This document shows positions 10,399 through 21,713 of a stretch of DNA of 64,000 bases, piece after piece; position 1 is the stretch's first letter; every line of letters begins with the position of its first letter. The notes under the pieces were generated by a model, which had not been told where the DNA came from, ran no database searches, and worked only from the letters and a program-made list of their open reading frames with translations. Origin of the DNA: Alphaproteobacteria bacterium (lineage in GTDB: Bacteria > Pseudomonadota > Alphaproteobacteria > UBA828); NCBI GenBank assembly GCA_965221125.1, contig CBDCRW010000004.1:896001-960000 (forward strand), given 5' to 3'. The position numbers and the translations under genes were made by a program.

Positions 10399-11157
10399 AT
10401 GACAGGGACCGTTCTCAGAGGAACCACGGACGGCGTCGCGACGCTCACTCTCAACCGGCCGGAGCGGCTCAACGCGCTGAACGCCGCGCTGCTCGCCGAT
10501 CTCTGCGCGGCGCTCGACGAGGCGCTGGCCGACGATGCGGTCGGCGCGCTGGTCCTGCGCGGGGCGGGGCGGGCCTTCTGCTCCGGCGACGACCTCAAGG
10601 ACATCGAGAACCAGACCGCCGGCGAGGCGGAGACGCGGGCCTTCATCGAGGCGATCCAGGACGTGACCCGCCGCCTCGTGCTGGGCGACAAGGTGGTGGT
10701 CGGCGCGATCCACGGCTGGGCTGTGGGCGGCGGGCTGGAATGGGCGATCAACTGCGACCTCGCGGTCTTCGCTGAGAGCGCCAAGTGCTTCTTCCCCGAG
10801 ATCAAGTGGGGCATGTTCCCGACCGGCGGCGTCACCGCGATCCTGCCCCGCATAGTGGGGCTGGCGAAGACCCGCGAGCTGATGCTGCTCGGCGAGACCT
10901 TCAGCGCGGCGGAGGCCCGCGAGATGGGCCTCGCCTGGCGCGTGGTGCCGGACGACGTCGTGTTCGAGACCGCGCACGAGACGGCGGCCCGCATCGCCGC
11001 GCTCCCGCAAGGCGCCGTGAGCGAGCTGAAGCGGGTGCTCAACCGGGCGGGATCGTTGGACGTGGAAGGCGCGCTCGCGCTCGAGACCGAGGCGACCGTG
11101 CGCCGCTTCCTCGACCCCGAGACGGCCGAGCGGGTCAAGGGCTTCGGCAGCGATTAG
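10399..11157 (+). CDS. Enoyl-CoA hydratase/isomerase family protein
   Basis: TLNRPERLNAL, AFCSGDDL, HGWAVGGG, FPE..WG. Confidence 0.9.
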   Translation: MTGTVLRGTTDGVATLTLNRPERLNALNAALLADLCAALDEALADDAVGALVLRGAGRAFCSGDDLKDIENQTAGEAETRAFIEAIQDVTRRLVLGDKVVVGAIHGWAVGGGLEWAINCDLAVFAESAKCFFPEIKWGMFPTGGVTAILPRIVGLAKTRELMLLGETFSAAEAREMGLAWRVVPDDVVFETAHETAARIAALPQGAVSELKRVLNRAGSLDVEGALALETEATVRRFLDPETAERVKGFGSD

Positions 11158-11179
11158 CGGAAGCGCGGGACGTGGCGCA

Positions 11180-12088
11180 ATGTTGACCCAAGATATCCTT
11201 GCCGAGAGGCCCAGGGTGCTGACCCAGGAGCAGCGAGCGTTCTACTTCGAACACGGCTACCTGCTGCTCGAACGCTTCATCGGGCCGACATGGCTGGATC
11301 GGCTCCGCGCCGTGACGGAATCCTTCATCGAGGCGAGCCGCAGCGCGAGCCCGGAGGACGGCGCCTTCGATCTCGCGCCCGGTCACACGCCGGAGCAGCC
11401 GCGCCTCCGCCGCGTCAACACGCCCGACCAGCGGCACGACGCCTATTGGGAATTCGCGACGGGACCCGTGGCCGATGTCGCCGCCGACCTGGTCGGGAGC
11501 AACGTCGCGTTTCACCACTCGAAGCTCAACTTCAAGTGGAACGACGGGGCCGACGGGGTCACGTGGCACCAGGACATCCCATTCTATCCCCACAGCAACT
11601 ACAGCCCGCTCACCATCGGCCTCTACCTGGCCGACGCCGGGATCGCGCATGGCCCGGTGGCCGTGATCGACGGCAGCCACGAGGGCCCACTCTACGACCA
11701 CTACGACGCAAAGGGCCATTGGGCGGGGTGCCTGTCTGAAGCCGATGTCGCGTCCCTCGACATGACCAGGGCCAGGTATCTGACCGCACCGGCGGGCTCG
11801 CTCACGGTGCACAACTGCCGCACGATCCACGGCTCGCCGCCGAGCGAGAGCGACGACGGCCGCCCCCTGCTCCTCAACGCCTACGCGGCGGCGGATGCAA
11901 GGCCTTACGCCGAACTCGATCCGCCGGCGCAGTCGGTTCACGGTGGCGAGATCGTGCGCGGCGCGGCGGTTGCCGAGCCCCACGTCGACCCCCGCCCCTG
12001 CCCCATGCCGCCCCGCTGGGATGGCCAGAACACCTCGATCTACGCCAACCAGCGCGGCGAGCACAGCATGATGCGGCCCGATGAGTGA
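11180..12088 (+). CDS. PhyH-family Fe(II)/2-oxoglutarate dioxygenase
   Basis: FYFEHGYL, SKLNFK, WHQD, GSH, HGS. Confidence 0.88.
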   Translation: MLTQDILAERPRVLTQEQRAFYFEHGYLLLERFIGPTWLDRLRAVTESFIEASRSASPEDGAFDLAPGHTPEQPRLRRVNTPDQRHDAYWEFATGPVADVAADLVGSNVAFHHSKLNFKWNDGADGVTWHQDIPFYPHSNYSPLTIGLYLADAGIAHGPVAVIDGSHEGPLYDHYDAKGHWAGCLSEADVASLDMTRARYLTAPAGSLTVHNCRTIHGSPPSESDDGRPLLLNAYAAADARPYAELDPPAQSVHGGEIVRGAAVAEPHVDPRPCPMPPRWDGQNTSIYANQRGEHSMMRPDE

Positions 12089-13487
12089 GGACCTCCATTA
12101 CACCACTGCGCTGGAGCTGGTCCGGCTCTACGAATCGAAGCAAGTCTCCCCGGTTGACGTCGCGGGCGCGATCCTCGACCGGATCGAGCGCCTCGACCCG
12201 ATCCTCAACTGCTACTGCTACGTCAATCGCGACGACGTGCTGGCGGCGGCCGGGCGATCCGAGGCCCGCTGGCGCGCGGGCGAGCCGCTGGGTCCGCTCG
12301 ACGGCGTGCCCGTCTCCATCAAGGACCTGCTGCTCACCAAGGGGTGGCCGACGCGCTGCGGCTCCCGCCTGATCGGCGCGGAAGGCCCCTGGGACGAGGA
12401 CGATCCGGCGGTAGCCCGGCTGCGCGAGGCTGGAGCCGTGCTGCTCGGCAAGGTGACGACGCCGGAGTTCGGCAACTCCGGCATCACCGACAGCCCGCTC
12501 ACGGGCGTCACCGTCAACCCGTGGGACACCAGCCGCACCACGGGCGGCAGCAGCGGCGGCAGCGTGGCGGCGGTCGCGGCCGACCTCGGCCCGCTCAGCA
12601 TCGGCACCGACACGGGCGGCTCGATCCGCACGCCGTCGAGCTTCTGCGGCCTGGTCGGCCTGAAGCCCACCTTCGGCCGCGTCGCCCAGTATCCCGAGAC
12701 CGACTGGGGCGGCATCTCGGTCTCGGGCCCGATCGCGCGCACCGCGAGCGATGCCGCGCTGCTCATGACCGTGATCGCGCAGCCCGACCCACGCGACGGC
12801 AAGTCGCTGCCCCACGACGGGCGGGACTACGTGGCCGAGAGCGCCGGCGGGATCGAAGGCTGGCGGGTCGCCTTCAGCCCCGATCTCGGCTTCATGCCCG
12901 TGGACACGGAGATAGCCGCCATCGTCCGCGACGCGGTCCAGCGCTTCGAGGCGCTCGGCGCCCACGTCGAAGAGGTCCCGCCGCCCTTCGACGATCCCAT
13001 TCACATCTTCAACACCATCTGGTCGCCGATCATCGCGACCGGCCTCAGGGCCAGGTTCTCCGAGGATCAGCTCATGGACCTGGGAGACGAGACCCGCGAA
13101 GCGCTGGAAGAAGTGAAGGACATGGACCTCGCGAGCTTCGTCGAGGCCGAGCGGCAGCGCGACCTCCTCGCCCACCGCATGCGCGTGTTTCACGAGACAT
13201 ACGACCTGCTTCTCACGCCGACGGCGATCGTCTCACCCTTCGGGATCGAGCATGCGTTCCCGCCCGCGTGGGATCGCGAACGCGCCTGGGTCTGGGAGCT
13301 GCCGACCTTCCCCTTCAACTTCTCCCGGCAGCCGGCAGCAACCGTGCCGTGCGGCTTCACCGACGCGGAGTTGCCGGTCGGGCTGCAGATCGTCGGCCCC
13401 ATCTACGAGGACGCGCGCACGCTCCGTGCGGCACGGGCCTATCAGGAGGCCTATCCAACGACGGACCGCCGGCCGCCGCTCGATTGA
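12081..13487 (+). CDS. Amidase signature family enzyme
   Basis: PLDGVPVSIKD, GGSSGGS, GTDTGGSIRTPSSFCG, LPVGLQIVG. Confidence 0.92.
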   Translation: MSEDLHYTTALELVRLYESKQVSPVDVAGAILDRIERLDPILNCYCYVNRDDVLAAAGRSEARWRAGEPLGPLDGVPVSIKDLLLTKGWPTRCGSRLIGAEGPWDEDDPAVARLREAGAVLLGKVTTPEFGNSGITDSPLTGVTVNPWDTSRTTGGSSGGSVAAVAADLGPLSIGTDTGGSIRTPSSFCGLVGLKPTFGRVAQYPETDWGGISVSGPIARTASDAALLMTVIAQPDPRDGKSLPHDGRDYVAESAGGIEGWRVAFSPDLGFMPVDTEIAAIVRDAVQRFEALGAHVEEVPPPFDDPIHIFNTIWSPIIATGLRARFSEDQLMDLGDETREALEEVKDMDLASFVEAERQRDLLAHRMRVFHETYDLLLTPTAIVSPFGIEHAFPPAWDRERAWVWELPTFPFNFSRQPAATVPCGFTDAELPVGLQIVGPIYEDARTLRAARAYQEAYPTTDRRPPLD

Positions 13488-13904
13488 TCCAATCTCGGGG
13501 AGGACTCCGTCGTCGACCGAACGCCCTGGCGAAAGCAGTCCGCCGGCCGGTTTCAGGCGGCGGATTTGACCGCGAGCGCGGGAGCGTCAGCCGGCCAGTG
13601 CGGCACCGGAGCCCGGTTCCAGCCTCCGGCGCCGCTGCCTTTCCGTCGATCGTCGCGTTCCGGCGTGGCCGGAATTGGAGGGAACCGTACCGGGGACACC
13701 ACCGTTACAGTCCATGGACGCTTGCCGTCCGCGTATCGATCGAGTTTCGCATCACGGCGCCGAATTAAATGCCAATCGTGCATGTCGGCTATCTGCTCTC
13801 CCCCATAGGTTGCTCCCTGCTTCGAGTAACAACAAGCCATCGCCAACAGCGCGAGAGTTTGCTGCCCGACAGCAACGGAATTCGCGTCGGAAGGAATAAA
13901 GAAT

Positions 13905-14897
13905 ATGCCTGTCACATTGCGTCAGCTGCGCTACTTCAAGGCACTGGTCGAACAGGGGTCCTTTACGCGCGCCGCCCGGAAGACTTGCGTTTCGCAGCCC
14001 GCACTCTCCGTTCAGATCCGCGAGCTCGAGGCCACCCTGGGCGGACCGATCGTGGAGCGGGAGAGCCGGGGTGTCGTCCTTACCCGTCTCGGACGGGATG
14101 CCATCGAACAAACGCTCCGAATCCTCGACGAGACCTCGTTGCTGGAGTCGCTGGGCAAGCGGCGCGACGGCGGCGCGGCACGGATCCCGCTCGGCATCCT
14201 GTCTACGCTGGCGCCCTATCTTCTGCCGGGGATCGTCGAACGCCTCCAGGTGTCTTCGCCGTCTCTCGAGCTCAACGTCGTGGAGAATTCCGGAGACGCT
14301 CTCGTTTCGGAACTGCTCGCCAACCGCCTCGACGCGGCGATCGTTTCCCTGCCCATGGGCACGCCGGAGATCCACGAGCGGGAGCTGTTCGAGGATTGCC
14401 TCCTGCTCGCCGGGCGTGGCGAGCGGCTGGAAGCGGTTCGGAGCATCCTCGGCGACGAGATATCGCCTGCGGATCTGGGACGGGCGGATGTCGGATCGCT
14501 GCTGACGCTGGGCCACGACGATTGCCTTGCCGCCCAGATCAGGAGCACCTGCCTGGATTGGGGCATACGACCGGTGCGACGGGGAGCCGGGTCGCTCTCG
14601 ACATTGTCGCGCCTGATAGCGGGCGGCGCGGGGCTGAGCCTCCTGCCGGAGACCGCCGCGGTCTCGGAGGGCGCGGCCTGCCCCGACCTGCGTTTCATGC
14701 GCTTCGCTGCGTCCGAGCCGTCGCGGCGCATCGGTCTCGCGCACCGGGCGGATGCCGGGGACGATCGATGGATCGATGCTCTGGCGGCGGCGGCAAGCGA
14801 GGCCGGGCGCGCGCTGGTATCGGAGGCGGCAGCCGGAATTCGCGTTGGAAGCGCGCAACCGCTCTCGCTGACGGATCGTCTCGAGTCTGCCGCATGA
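13905..14897 (+). CDS. LysR-family regulator, OxyR-like
   Basis: LysR HTH (TLRQLRYF..SFTRAA..VSQPALS.QI); GHDDCLAAQIRSTC has two Cys 9 residues apart, like OxyR C199/C208; PSRRIGL. Confidence 0.8.
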   Translation: MPVTLRQLRYFKALVEQGSFTRAARKTCVSQPALSVQIRELEATLGGPIVERESRGVVLTRLGRDAIEQTLRILDETSLLESLGKRRDGGAARIPLGILSTLAPYLLPGIVERLQVSSPSLELNVVENSGDALVSELLANRLDAAIVSLPMGTPEIHERELFEDCLLLAGRGERLEAVRSILGDEISPADLGRADVGSLLTLGHDDCLAAQIRSTCLDWGIRPVRRGAGSLSTLSRLIAGGAGLSLLPETAAVSEGAACPDLRFMRFAASEPSRRIGLAHRADAGDDRWIDALAAAASEAGRALVSEAAAGIRVGSAQPLSLTDRLESAA

Positions 14898-15130
14898 GCC
14901 TCCTGGCGCCGGCCGGGTAACGTCAGAGAAGCACGCCCACGTCCGCTGTCGCCGGGCCGCAGCGCCGAAGGGTGCCGCCGGACAGGGAGCCGCACGTCCA
15001 CCCATTGGCGCGAGCGCAAGGGCTCGTCTGACGAGGCCACCCGCCTGGAGGAGGAGCATGCCTGCCCCGGTCGATTTCGAATTCCGAAGCCGCTCCCCCC
15101 AGGCCGCCCAATGCATAGTGGCCAAGCGTC

Positions 15131-15196
15131 TGGTCGGACCAATTATTCACAATGGTTTTATCATAGGTAACTATATGCATACATTGGTTACCCAAT
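15131..15196. promoter_or_regulatory. Putative GntR/FadR-type operators in an AT-rich tract
   Basis: TGGTCGGACCA (15131-15141) and ATTGGTTACCCAAT (15183-15196) resemble TGGT-N3-ACCA boxes. Confidence 0.4.
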
Positions 15197-15276
15197 CGGT
15201 ATAGTGACGGTCGAACAAATGATCCGCGCTCAGAGAAACGGGCCGCAACAACCCCGTCCGGGCCATCGAAGCCCGG

Positions 15277-15335
15277 CTGTCAATCGGCATTGAAGATTGC
15301 CCCTCTATTGGTCAATCTTCAATGCCGATTGACAG
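15277..15335. repeat. Perfect 23-bp inverted repeat with 13-nt spacer
   Basis: CTGTCAATCGGCATTGAAGATTG ... CAATCTTCAATGCCGATTGACAG. Confidence 0.9.
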
Positions 15336-15384
15336 ACGGCACCGCGAGTCCTGGGCCTCACTCGGGTACTGGGTTGCTTTGAAA

Positions 15385-15552
15385 GATAGAACCGAGCTAT
15401 CTTGACTGCTTCGTGGCGAATTCCGCGAGCATTCGCTGGAGCGCCTGTTGCGCTTCCTGATGGCGCTCGGCTGCGATGTCGACATCGTCATCCGACTGAC
15501 GAGTTCTGCGACCGGTGGCAAGCTGCGCATCGCTGCATCGGAAGAAAACTGA
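15385..15552 (+). pseudogene. C-terminal remnant of an XRE/HigA2-like HTH antitoxin
   Basis: Translates DRTELS*LLRGEFREHSLERLLRFLMALGCDVDIVIR; internal TGA at 15403, no start codon. Confidence 0.6.
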
Positions 15553-15761
15553 CCATGCGGTCGCCCGCCAGAGCTTCTCAATGGTCAGCTTCAGGAATCC
15601 GCCGCAGGTAGCGATCTTGAACATCCCCGTGCTCAAGCCGACAGCCTCAGCAGGCTGAAGGCAATCCGAAGCAGCATCCTGCGGCCTAAGAAGTTCTGCA
15701 CGTCCGTCCAATTCGGGTGGCGTATCGCCAACGACATCGAGTATGGTCTCCACGCTGCGTA

Positions 15762-15837
15762 GGGCCGTTAGCTCAGTTGGTAGAGCACCTGACTTTTAAT
15801 CAGGTTGTCGAAGGTTCGATTCCTTCACGGCCCACCA
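15762..15837 (+). tRNA. tRNA-Lys (TTT)
   Basis: 76 nt; acceptor GGGCCGT/ACGGCCC, D arm TAGCTCAGTTGGTAGAGC, anticodon arm CCTGA-CTTTTAA-TCAGG, GGTTCGATTCC, encoded CCA. Confidence 0.97.
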
Positions 15838-16235
15838 TTAACCCACTGAAACATAAGAAAATTTGGAAAGCAATGCCATCGATCGAGTGCGAGACTTCCA
15901 GCTCTGGAAGCACTTGGAAGACCACCATTCAATCACTCGCGGTCGGCACCCGAAGCATCCCTCCTCTAGAGTGGCCCATAGCGCGACTTGGTCATCCAAG
16001 AACGTGTCCATCAGTCGTAAGCGGGCTCGCATCAGGGACGGTAGCGCCACGCCAAGCCGCCGATCCCCCCGATCACCCGCCCCCCGGGTCGCCTGGGGCT
16101 GGGGCTCTTCACCGAACATCCAGCGGCGCACGCGGTCCGTCTCTTCGCTCACCCCACGGCCGGCGTGGCCAAGGAATTGGCGGGGATGCTGTCGCTGCCG
16201 TCGGAAAGCCCGCGATGTTCCGGCGCCGGCTCGTT

Positions 16236-16451
16236 CTACGACCGGGCCACGCCAGGCGACGCATCCCCGTGGCCACCACGCGCCCCCTTGCGGATACCCT
16301 CAACGCGCCCGACCAGCCCCAGAAGCCTCTCCTGACCGAATGCCCGGACGACCCCGTCGAAGAAGTCGGCATAGTCGAGTTCCTTCCGCCTTTCTTCCGA
16401 CGTCCTGTGCACCACCCGCCCGGCGACCGAGTATTCCGCCTCGCCCTTCAC
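16236..16451 (-). CDS. Small hypothetical protein
   Basis: 71-aa ORF with GTG start and purine-rich upstream tract. Confidence 0.3.
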   Translation of the reverse strand: MKGEAEYSVAGRVVHRTSEERRKELDYADFFDGVVRAFGQERLLGLVGRVEGIRKGARGGHGDASPGVARS

Positions 16452-16558
16452 ACTGATCCTTACCTTCTTCTCGTCGACCCGACAGAATTAGGACTTAGAG
16501 ATTTCTGTCTAAATCATTGATAACATTTATACTATCATCAGGCCTGGAACTTGCGTAC

Positions 16559-16602
16559 GCCTGACTAAAAGTCAGATGCTCTACCACCTGAGCTACGGGC
16601 GC
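16559..16602 (-). pseudogene. Degenerate tRNA-Lys(TTT)-like 5' half
   Basis: Minus strand reads GCGCCCG-TAGCTCAGGTGGTAGAGC-A-TCTGACTTTTAGTCAGG; T arm and 3' acceptor strand do not pair. Confidence 0.7.
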
Positions 16603-16769
16603 GCCTTGGCGCGGAACGATAGGGAGGGGCCGGCGGGGGGTCAAGCAATCGTCGCCCGACGGTGTCGTCGCTCGACAGTGTCGTCGCCGGCGCCCAGGCT
16701 CCCGCGCGTCGCCCGCCGTTTCGGCAACCACGCCGGGGTTGTAGAGTGTCACCGCCATGACGGACCTTA

Positions 16770-17035
16770 GCCCGCAATTCTCACCAAGGTCGCGGCCTGC
16801 GTCGTGCCCAGGCGTTCGATCCGCCAGGAGCGGGCCGAAAAGCGTATCGGGGAATACGGTTGAGGCCCGCGACGCCGCGGGCGGGCGCCTGGGCGCGACC
16901 CGGAGGGCGGCGCTCTCCGGCCCGCAGGGTGCGTCAAGGCGCTTACCCGATGTCCCCGCATCGCGCTGCGCGCCTTTCCTGCCCTGCGGGCCGGATAGCG
17001 CCGCGCAGACCATGACCTTGGTGAGAAATGCGAGC
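16770..17035. mobile_element. 266-bp MITE with ~32-bp imperfect terminal inverted repeats, TA duplication, inserted in the hisZ 5' end
   Basis: TA|GCCCGCAATTCTCACCAAGGTCGCGGCCTGCG ... CGCAGACCATGACCTTGGTGAGAAATGCGAGC|TA. Confidence 0.85.
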
Positions 17036-18191
17036 TAGGACACCGGCCCTGCTGCCGACGGGCCTGCGCGACCTGCTGCCGCCCGAGGCGGGCGCCGAGG
17101 CCGCGCTCGCCGAAGCCCTGCTCGGGCGCTTCGCGGGGCACGGCTACGAGCGGGTCAAGCCGCCGCTGGTCGAGTTCGAGGAGAGCATGCTGAGCGGCGC
17201 GGGCGCGGGCCTCGCCGACCAGACATTCCGCCTGATGGACCCGGCCTCGCACCGCATGATGGCCGTGCGCAGCGACCTCACGCCGCAGATCGCGCGCATC
17301 GCCGCCTCGCGGCTCGCGCGGAGCCCGCGGCCGCTCCGCCTCAGCTATGCCGGCGAGATCCTGCGGGCGCGTGGCGGCGAGCTGCGGCCCGAGCGCCAGT
17401 TCCGCCAGGTGGGCTTCGAGCTGATCGGCATCGGCGCGGGCGCCGCCTGCGACGCCGAGGTCATCCTGCTCGCGGCCGACGCGCTTGCCGGGCTCGGGAT
17501 CGAGGGCGGCCTCTCGGTCGATCTCAACGCGCCGACCCTGGTGGCCTCGCTCATCGCGGACGCGGGCCTCGACGCCGGGCGTGCCGGCCAGCTGCGCGAG
17601 GCCCTCGACCGCAAGGACAGGGCGGCGGTCGAAGGGATCGGCGGCGAGGCGGCAGACCTGCTCGTGCGCCTGCTGCGGACCACGGGCGTCGCCGAGACGG
17701 CGCTCGACGCGCTGGCGGCTCTCGCGCTGCCGGGTGCTGCAGCCAAGGCGCTCGCTCAGCTGCTGGAGGTGGCGACGCTGCTGCGCGAATCAGCGCCGGG
17801 GCTCGCGCTCACCATCGACCCCGTCGAGTGGCGCGGCTTCGAGTACCACACCGGAACCAGCTTCAGCCTGTTCGCCGGCGGCGTGCGCACCGAGCTTGGC
17901 CGGGGCGGGCGGTACGCGGTGGAGAGCGCCGGCGCGGACCCCGAGGACGCCGCCGGCTGCACGATCTATGTCGACACCGTGCTCCGCGCCGCGCCCGCGC
18001 CGCCTGCGCCCCGCCGGGTCTACCTGCCGCACGGCACGCCGCGAGCGGACGGCGCCGGGCTGCGCGAGGACGGCTGGGTCACGATCGCGGGCCTCGCGCC
18101 CGAGCCGGACTCCGCCGCCGAGGCCGCGCGGCTCGGCTGCAGCCACGTGTGGCAGGGCGGCAGCGCCCGGGCCGTCGCTGGAGAGGACTAG
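17028..18191 (+). CDS. hisZ: ATP phosphoribosyltransferase regulatory subunit
   Basis: [52 protein letters not shown]; directly upstream of purA. Confidence 0.92.
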   Translation: MRARTPALLPTGLRDLLPPEAGAEAALAEALLGRFAGHGYERVKPPLVEFEESMLSGAGAGLADQTFRLMDPASHRMMAVRSDLTPQIARIAASRLARSPRPLRLSYAGEILRARGGELRPERQFRQVGFELIGIGAGAACDAEVILLAADALAGLGIEGGLSVDLNAPTLVASLIADAGLDAGRAGQLREALDRKDRAAVEGIGGEAADLLVRLLRTTGVAETALDALAALALPGAAAKALAQLLEVATLLRESAPGLALTIDPVEWRGFEYHTGTSFSLFAGGVRTELGRGGRYAVESAGADPEDAAGCTIYVDTVLRAAPAPPAPRRVYLPHGTPRADGAGLREDGWVTIAGLAPEPDSAAEAARLGCSHVWQGGSARAVAGED

Positions 18192-18193
18192 CC

Positions 18194-19486
<1,293 letters not shown>

Positions 19487-19520
19487 GTGGTGTTTCCAAC
19501 ATTCGCCGGGCGTCCGATCG

Positions 19521-19570
19521 TCGATCGCCCGGACGCGACGCAGGCCGTGGCCTTGGTGAGAAATACGGGC
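19521..19570 (-). repeat. Truncated copy of the left end of the 16770-17035 MITE
   Basis: Reverse complement reads TA|GCCCGTATTTCTCACCAAGGCCACGGCCTGCGTCGCGTCCGGGCGATCGA, close to 16768-16819. Confidence 0.8.
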
Positions 19571-19612
19571 TAGACTTGTTGAAATTTTGCGAGGGCGAGG
19601 ACAACTGGTTCA

Positions 19613-21649
19613 TTGGTGACTCACGAAATAGCATTTGAAACGAGCCAGGGGGCGTCCGCGCTCAGTCTGCCGGAAGAGCTGCTGCTGGCGCTTCTGGACG
19701 AAGAGAGAGGTTATTTTCGTCAGGTACCCGGCTGGAACCTGCACTGCGCAATGGTCGGTGCAGCGCTGGGCGAGTTGTCGCTGCTCGGTCGTATCGACAC
19801 CGATCTGGAGTCGCTGACCCTGGTGGATGCGACCGACACGGGTCGTCCACTGCTCGACCCGATCTTGCGGGAGATCGCGACCGAAACGGAACTGCACGAT
19901 GCCCGCTACTGGATTGAACGGCTCGCTCCACAGTCCGAGTCGGTGATCTCCCAAGCGCTGGACGAGCTCGTTCGGCGACAGATTCTCGACGCCCACCCGG
20001 GCGGTTTCTATACCTTCACCAGGCGACAGCGGGCGGGCGAAACACCGCCAGGAGAAGACTACCCAGCGGGCGAGTTCGTAATTGCCCGGCTGACCAGAAT
20101 CATCTTCGCTGACGAGTTTCCGGATCCGCGCGACGTGATCATTGTCGGCCTCGTCAATGCCTGCCACGTGTTCCATCTGATGTATCCGATCGACGAGGAG
20201 GTGGAGGAACGGATTCAGCTCGTCTGCCGGATGGACCTGATTGGCCGGGCGATTGCGGAAGCGGTGAGCCAGAGCATCATCGCACCCTCGCTTCGCCGGC
20301 CCTCGCTGACCAAGAAGATTCCAACCGTGTCCCTGCGCGATCTGGTGTTCAACCGGGAGCTGCGGGAGGGCAGACTGCCGGCAGGGTTCGCCTACCTGGC
20401 CGACAAGTACGGTCCCGTGTTCGAGCTTCGGCTCCCGTTCCGCCAGAACGTGATTTTCCTGGCAGGGTTGAAGACGAACGAATGGGCCCATCGCATGGGG
20501 CGGGTGTACTTGCGGTCGAAGGAGTACTTCGAGGGCGTCGACAAGGCGTATGGCGTGTCGCGCTCAATGCACTCGATTGACGGTGCCGATCACTTTCGCT
20601 TTCGCAAGTCGTTGCATACTGCCTACTCTCAGAAGACTTTGACCAAGCGTCTGGACGAGGTCTATGACCTGTCCCGCGCGCACATGGCGGGTTGGGACGT
20701 CGGCACGACGATGCCGGTGCAGGTGATGCTGCGACCGTTTGTGAACGCGCAGTCATCGCCGCTCCTGGCCAGCATCGACACCCAAGCCGAGATCGTCGCC
20801 GCGCTCGAATACAAGGTACGGGTGCTCAATGTCGGCATCGTCAAGATATTGCCGCGTTTCATGCTCAAGACCCCGGGGATGCGCCGCCGGGCGAAGGCCA
20901 CGCAACGGATCATAGACCGTATGCAAAGGACGCATACGGCCGCGCAGCGGGCTGGGAAGCATGAGGACGTGGTGGACGCGTATCTGGCCCTGCACGCGTC
21001 CGATCCCCAATTCCTGCCCGAATCGGACCTGTCGCTGCCGCTAGGGGCGATCTTGATGACAGCCATGTACATGGGCGATCAGCTTGGCTTCGCCCTCTAC
21101 TGGTTGGCGCAGAATCCCGAGCTGTACGAGCGAGTCACGGCTGAAGCGGACGCGCTGTGGGCGGAGGGCGATCCCAGCGAGGATGATTTCAGTCGAGACC
21201 GGATCGATGTGACCCACCGCGTGCTGATGGAGTCTCTGCGGATGTCGCCGATCGTGCCCATGTCGATGCGCACGGTGATGAACACCTGCGTGGTGGAGGG
21301 TTACGAATTACCGGTGGGCGCGCAGCTCGTGATTGCACAGACGGCCACGCACTATTCGGAAGAGGTGTTTCCCGATCCGTGGACGTTCGACATCGACCGC
21401 TACGTGCCCCCGCGAAACGAGCACAAGAGCAGAGGGTACGCGCCCTTCGGGCTGGGCACGCACTCGTGTCTCGGGAGCAACTGGGCCGAATTGCACATAG
21501 TGATCAACCTGCTGATGCTCATGCATTACTTCAGGATCGAGCTGGCCCGCCCCTACAAGCGGTTGCCGATGGATCCGTTGCCCTCACAATCGCCCGGCAA
21601 CAAGCTCAAGTTCAGGCTCGCCGAGCAGCGCCACGAAATTCGAGTCTGA
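19613..21649 (+). CDS. GPP34 (GOLPH3-like) domain fused to cytochrome P450
   Basis: N-term LSLPEELLLALLD...GAALGELSL.GRI...TG.PLLD (GPP34); C-term ESLR, F.DP.TFDIDRY, heme motif FGLGTHSCLG. Confidence 0.85.
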   Translation: MVTHEIAFETSQGASALSLPEELLLALLDEERGYFRQVPGWNLHCAMVGAALGELSLLGRIDTDLESLTLVDATDTGRPLLDPILREIATETELHDARYWIERLAPQSESVISQALDELVRRQILDAHPGGFYTFTRRQRAGETPPGEDYPAGEFVIARLTRIIFADEFPDPRDVIIVGLVNACHVFHLMYPIDEEVEERIQLVCRMDLIGRAIAEAVSQSIIAPSLRRPSLTKKIPTVSLRDLVFNRELREGRLPAGFAYLADKYGPVFELRLPFRQNVIFLAGLKTNEWAHRMGRVYLRSKEYFEGVDKAYGVSRSMHSIDGADHFRFRKSLHTAYSQKTLTKRLDEVYDLSRAHMAGWDVGTTMPVQVMLRPFVNAQSSPLLASIDTQAEIVAALEYKVRVLNVGIVKILPRFMLKTPGMRRRAKATQRIIDRMQRTHTAAQRAGKHEDVVDAYLALHASDPQFLPESDLSLPLGAILMTAMYMGDQLGFALYWLAQNPELYERVTAEADALWAEGDPSEDDFSRDRIDVTHRVLMESLRMSPIVPMSMRTVMNTCVVEGYELPVGAQLVIAQTATHYSEEVFPDPWTFDIDRYVPPRNEHKSRGYAPFGLGTHSCLGSNWAELHIVINLLMLMHYFRIELARPYKRLPMDPLPSQSPGNKLKFRLAEQRHEIRV

Positions 21650-21713
21650 GTTCGCTACGCCCGCTCCTCCGGCGCCCGGTCCTGTCCACGACTCGGGAAT
21701 TGGGCCTTCCGCG

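Noticed and set aside
14921-15033. Short imperfect inverted repeat CGTCAGAGAAGC / GCTCGTCTGACG
   Set aside because: 10 of 12 match with no target duplication or second copy; too weak to call a MITE
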